A stretch of 63,971 nt of DNA, the filler included, from Octopus bimaculoides (lineage: Eukaryota): assembly GCF_001194135.2 (NCBI RefSeq). It is 7 parts of 6 records of this genome, joined end to end, with 100 filler letters (N's around TTAATTAATTAA, not from the genome) between each part and the next. Parts side by side here need not be neighbours in the genome. Positions count along the whole stretch, not along the records: positions 62,195 to 63,971 come from NC_068989.1; 6 more parts are not named here. One strand, given 5' to 3'. Of this stretch, positions 62,471 through 63,971 are shown piece by piece. Numbering within the stretch: the stretch's first letter is position 1; the number at the start of each line of letters is the position of its first letter. The position numbers and the translations under genes were made by a program. A model generated the notes under the pieces. That model worked only from the letters and a program-made list of their open reading frames with translations, had not been told where the DNA came from and did not search any database.

Positions 62471-62764
62471 ATGGTAATAACAAGTGCAACAACACCGAAA
62501 GTAAAATTGCAACAACAGCAACAACAGCAGCAAAAGCAGCAGTAGTAGCAGCAGCAGCAGCAGCAACAACAACAACAACTATAAACCACATACATAATGT
62601 GGTTTTTTGAATTGCATGAACTAAAAAACAGAGGGAGGGGTAAGGGATAAACTACCTGCATCAACTTACTATGAAAGCAGGTAGTAATTTTACCTGGTGC
62701 TTATTCTTAGTGCAAGTTTTCAAGAGTGCAGTCCGATTTTAACAGTTATTTTTTCAAAGCTATA

Positions 62765-62970
62765 ATGGAAGTGGCAAAGGAGTATGTTCGGCATATTTTG
62801 CTTTATGAGTTCAATAAAGGCAACAACGCAACAGAAAGAGCGAGGAATATTAATTAATGCAGAGTCTATGGGGATCGGACAATAAGCGTAAGCCAGTGTC
62901 AAAGGTGGTTCCAGGAATTCCGAGCCGGAAATTACAGCCTAGAAGACGGTCCTCCTACACCGCACCTAGA
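62765..62970 (+). mobile_element. Mariner transposase N-terminal (HTH) pseudogene fragment
   Basis: MEVAKEYVRHILLYEFNKGNNATERARNIN*CRVYGDRTISVSQCQRWFQEFRAGNYSLED matches the mariner RH.LL.EF..G..A.E..R.I..VYG...QRWF..FR.G.F.LED pattern, with one stop. Confidence 0.88.
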
Positions 62971-63163
62971 ACCAGTCCTGAGTCGGATCTAAGGTTTGAA
63001 TTTGGATTTGATACCTTCATGCTTACATATCTGTGGTATCCTATCAACACCTGATACCTTCATGGTTGTTTTACCTCACTATGAGACCTATGTTATTGTA
63101 CCTAGCAATTTCTGGCGTCCTACTCGTTGATGTGACTAGATTCTAATGAATCCTATAGTTAAC

Positions 63164-63164
<1 letters not shown>

Positions 63165-63236
<72 letters not shown>

Positions 63237-63237
63237 C
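63165..63237. repeat. (TCTA)n microsatellite
   Basis: Direct inspection. Confidence 0.97.
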
Positions 63238-63787
63238 GTTGTTGATTCTTGAAATGTTAAAGATAGATCGAAAGAACAGAAGGAAATTAGAAAATTAAAA
63301 AAAAAAAAGAAAAAAAGGAGAAAAATGAAGAAGAATAAATAGAAGTAAATTAAGCAAAGGACATCAACGTTTCTTTATTATTAGAATAATTGGTCTCCAA
63401 AGTAAAAACAAATAAATAAATATAAAAGCGTAATACAAAATGTAAAATAAAAATTTATAAAAAAAATGACAGAATATAACAAGATCAATAAAACTAAATA
63501 TAGAAATCATTGTTAACTTGGACAATTGATGTGAACTTCTTGGTCTTTAATCATGGAACAAAGGAATCCTCGAGTCAACAAGAGGCTTGTATGTGGTTGC
63601 TCACCCATCTAGAAATAGCAGCCATGTCGATATCTTTCTCTCGCACAAGATTCATTCCTATTTACTTGGTTGTCAGATAAATTCGATCGTTTCTTTCTCG
63701 TCCCCCGCTTGGCACTTCATTGTCATATGTCTGAAAAGAAGGCAAATGTATTCAAATTTCCCAAAACGACGAACGGAAGTTGTAGAG

Positions 63788-63971
63788 CAGGGCTAGCCAA
63801 CCTGAGGCCCGTGGGCCACAGGCAGCCCGCAAACTTTTGTCTTGCGGCCCGCAGACTTTTGTCTTGTGGCCCGCTTGATACTTTCTTGACATGGCTTTAT
63901 TTAAACAAACAGTTTTAAAAATTTTATCAAAAATTAAAGATTGTAATGAAAAGTAAAAAAAGGAAGATATT
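63788..63971 (+). mobile_element. hAT (Charlie-like) DNA transposon left end, running off the window
   Basis: CAGGGCTAGCCAACCTGAGGCCCGTGGGCCACAGGCAGCCCGC is a typical hAT terminus. Tandem GCCCGCA.ACTTTTGTCTTG subterminal repeats follow. Confidence 0.7.

Overview
Eukaryotic (animal) non-coding DNA, very rich in microsatellites and with about 5.7 kb of N gaps. The repeat content and assembly style suggest an octopus or other cephalopod draft genome, but this is an inference and no database was searched. I find no confidently supported host protein-coding gene, rRNA, true tRNA or CRISPR array. Almost all long ORFs in the track are translations of microsatellites or N runs. Six 100-bp N44-TTAATTAATTAA-N44 spacers split the window into seven pieces whose adjacency is not guaranteed. 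The real content is a transposon graveyard. It includes more than 30 copies or fragments of several modular tRNA-derived SINE families, plus RTE, Tx1/L1 and CR1/L2-group LINE fragments, several mariner lineages, a pogo-like MITE, and hAT and Helitron-like ends. It also includes about 10 fragments of R4/Dong-clade (restriction-like-endonuclease) retrotransposons. The most notable signal is that two of these R4/Dong lineages are almost always bounded by (CATA)n/(TATG)n tracts, end in (CATA)n, and join the tract at their 5' ends through CAT/CATA microhomology, sometimes stacking head-to-tail. This points to a tetranucleotide-microsatellite-targeting retrotransposon system, whereas the known Dong target is (TAA)n. 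Several long palindromes and an inverted SINE pair are candidate dsRNA or cruciform structures.
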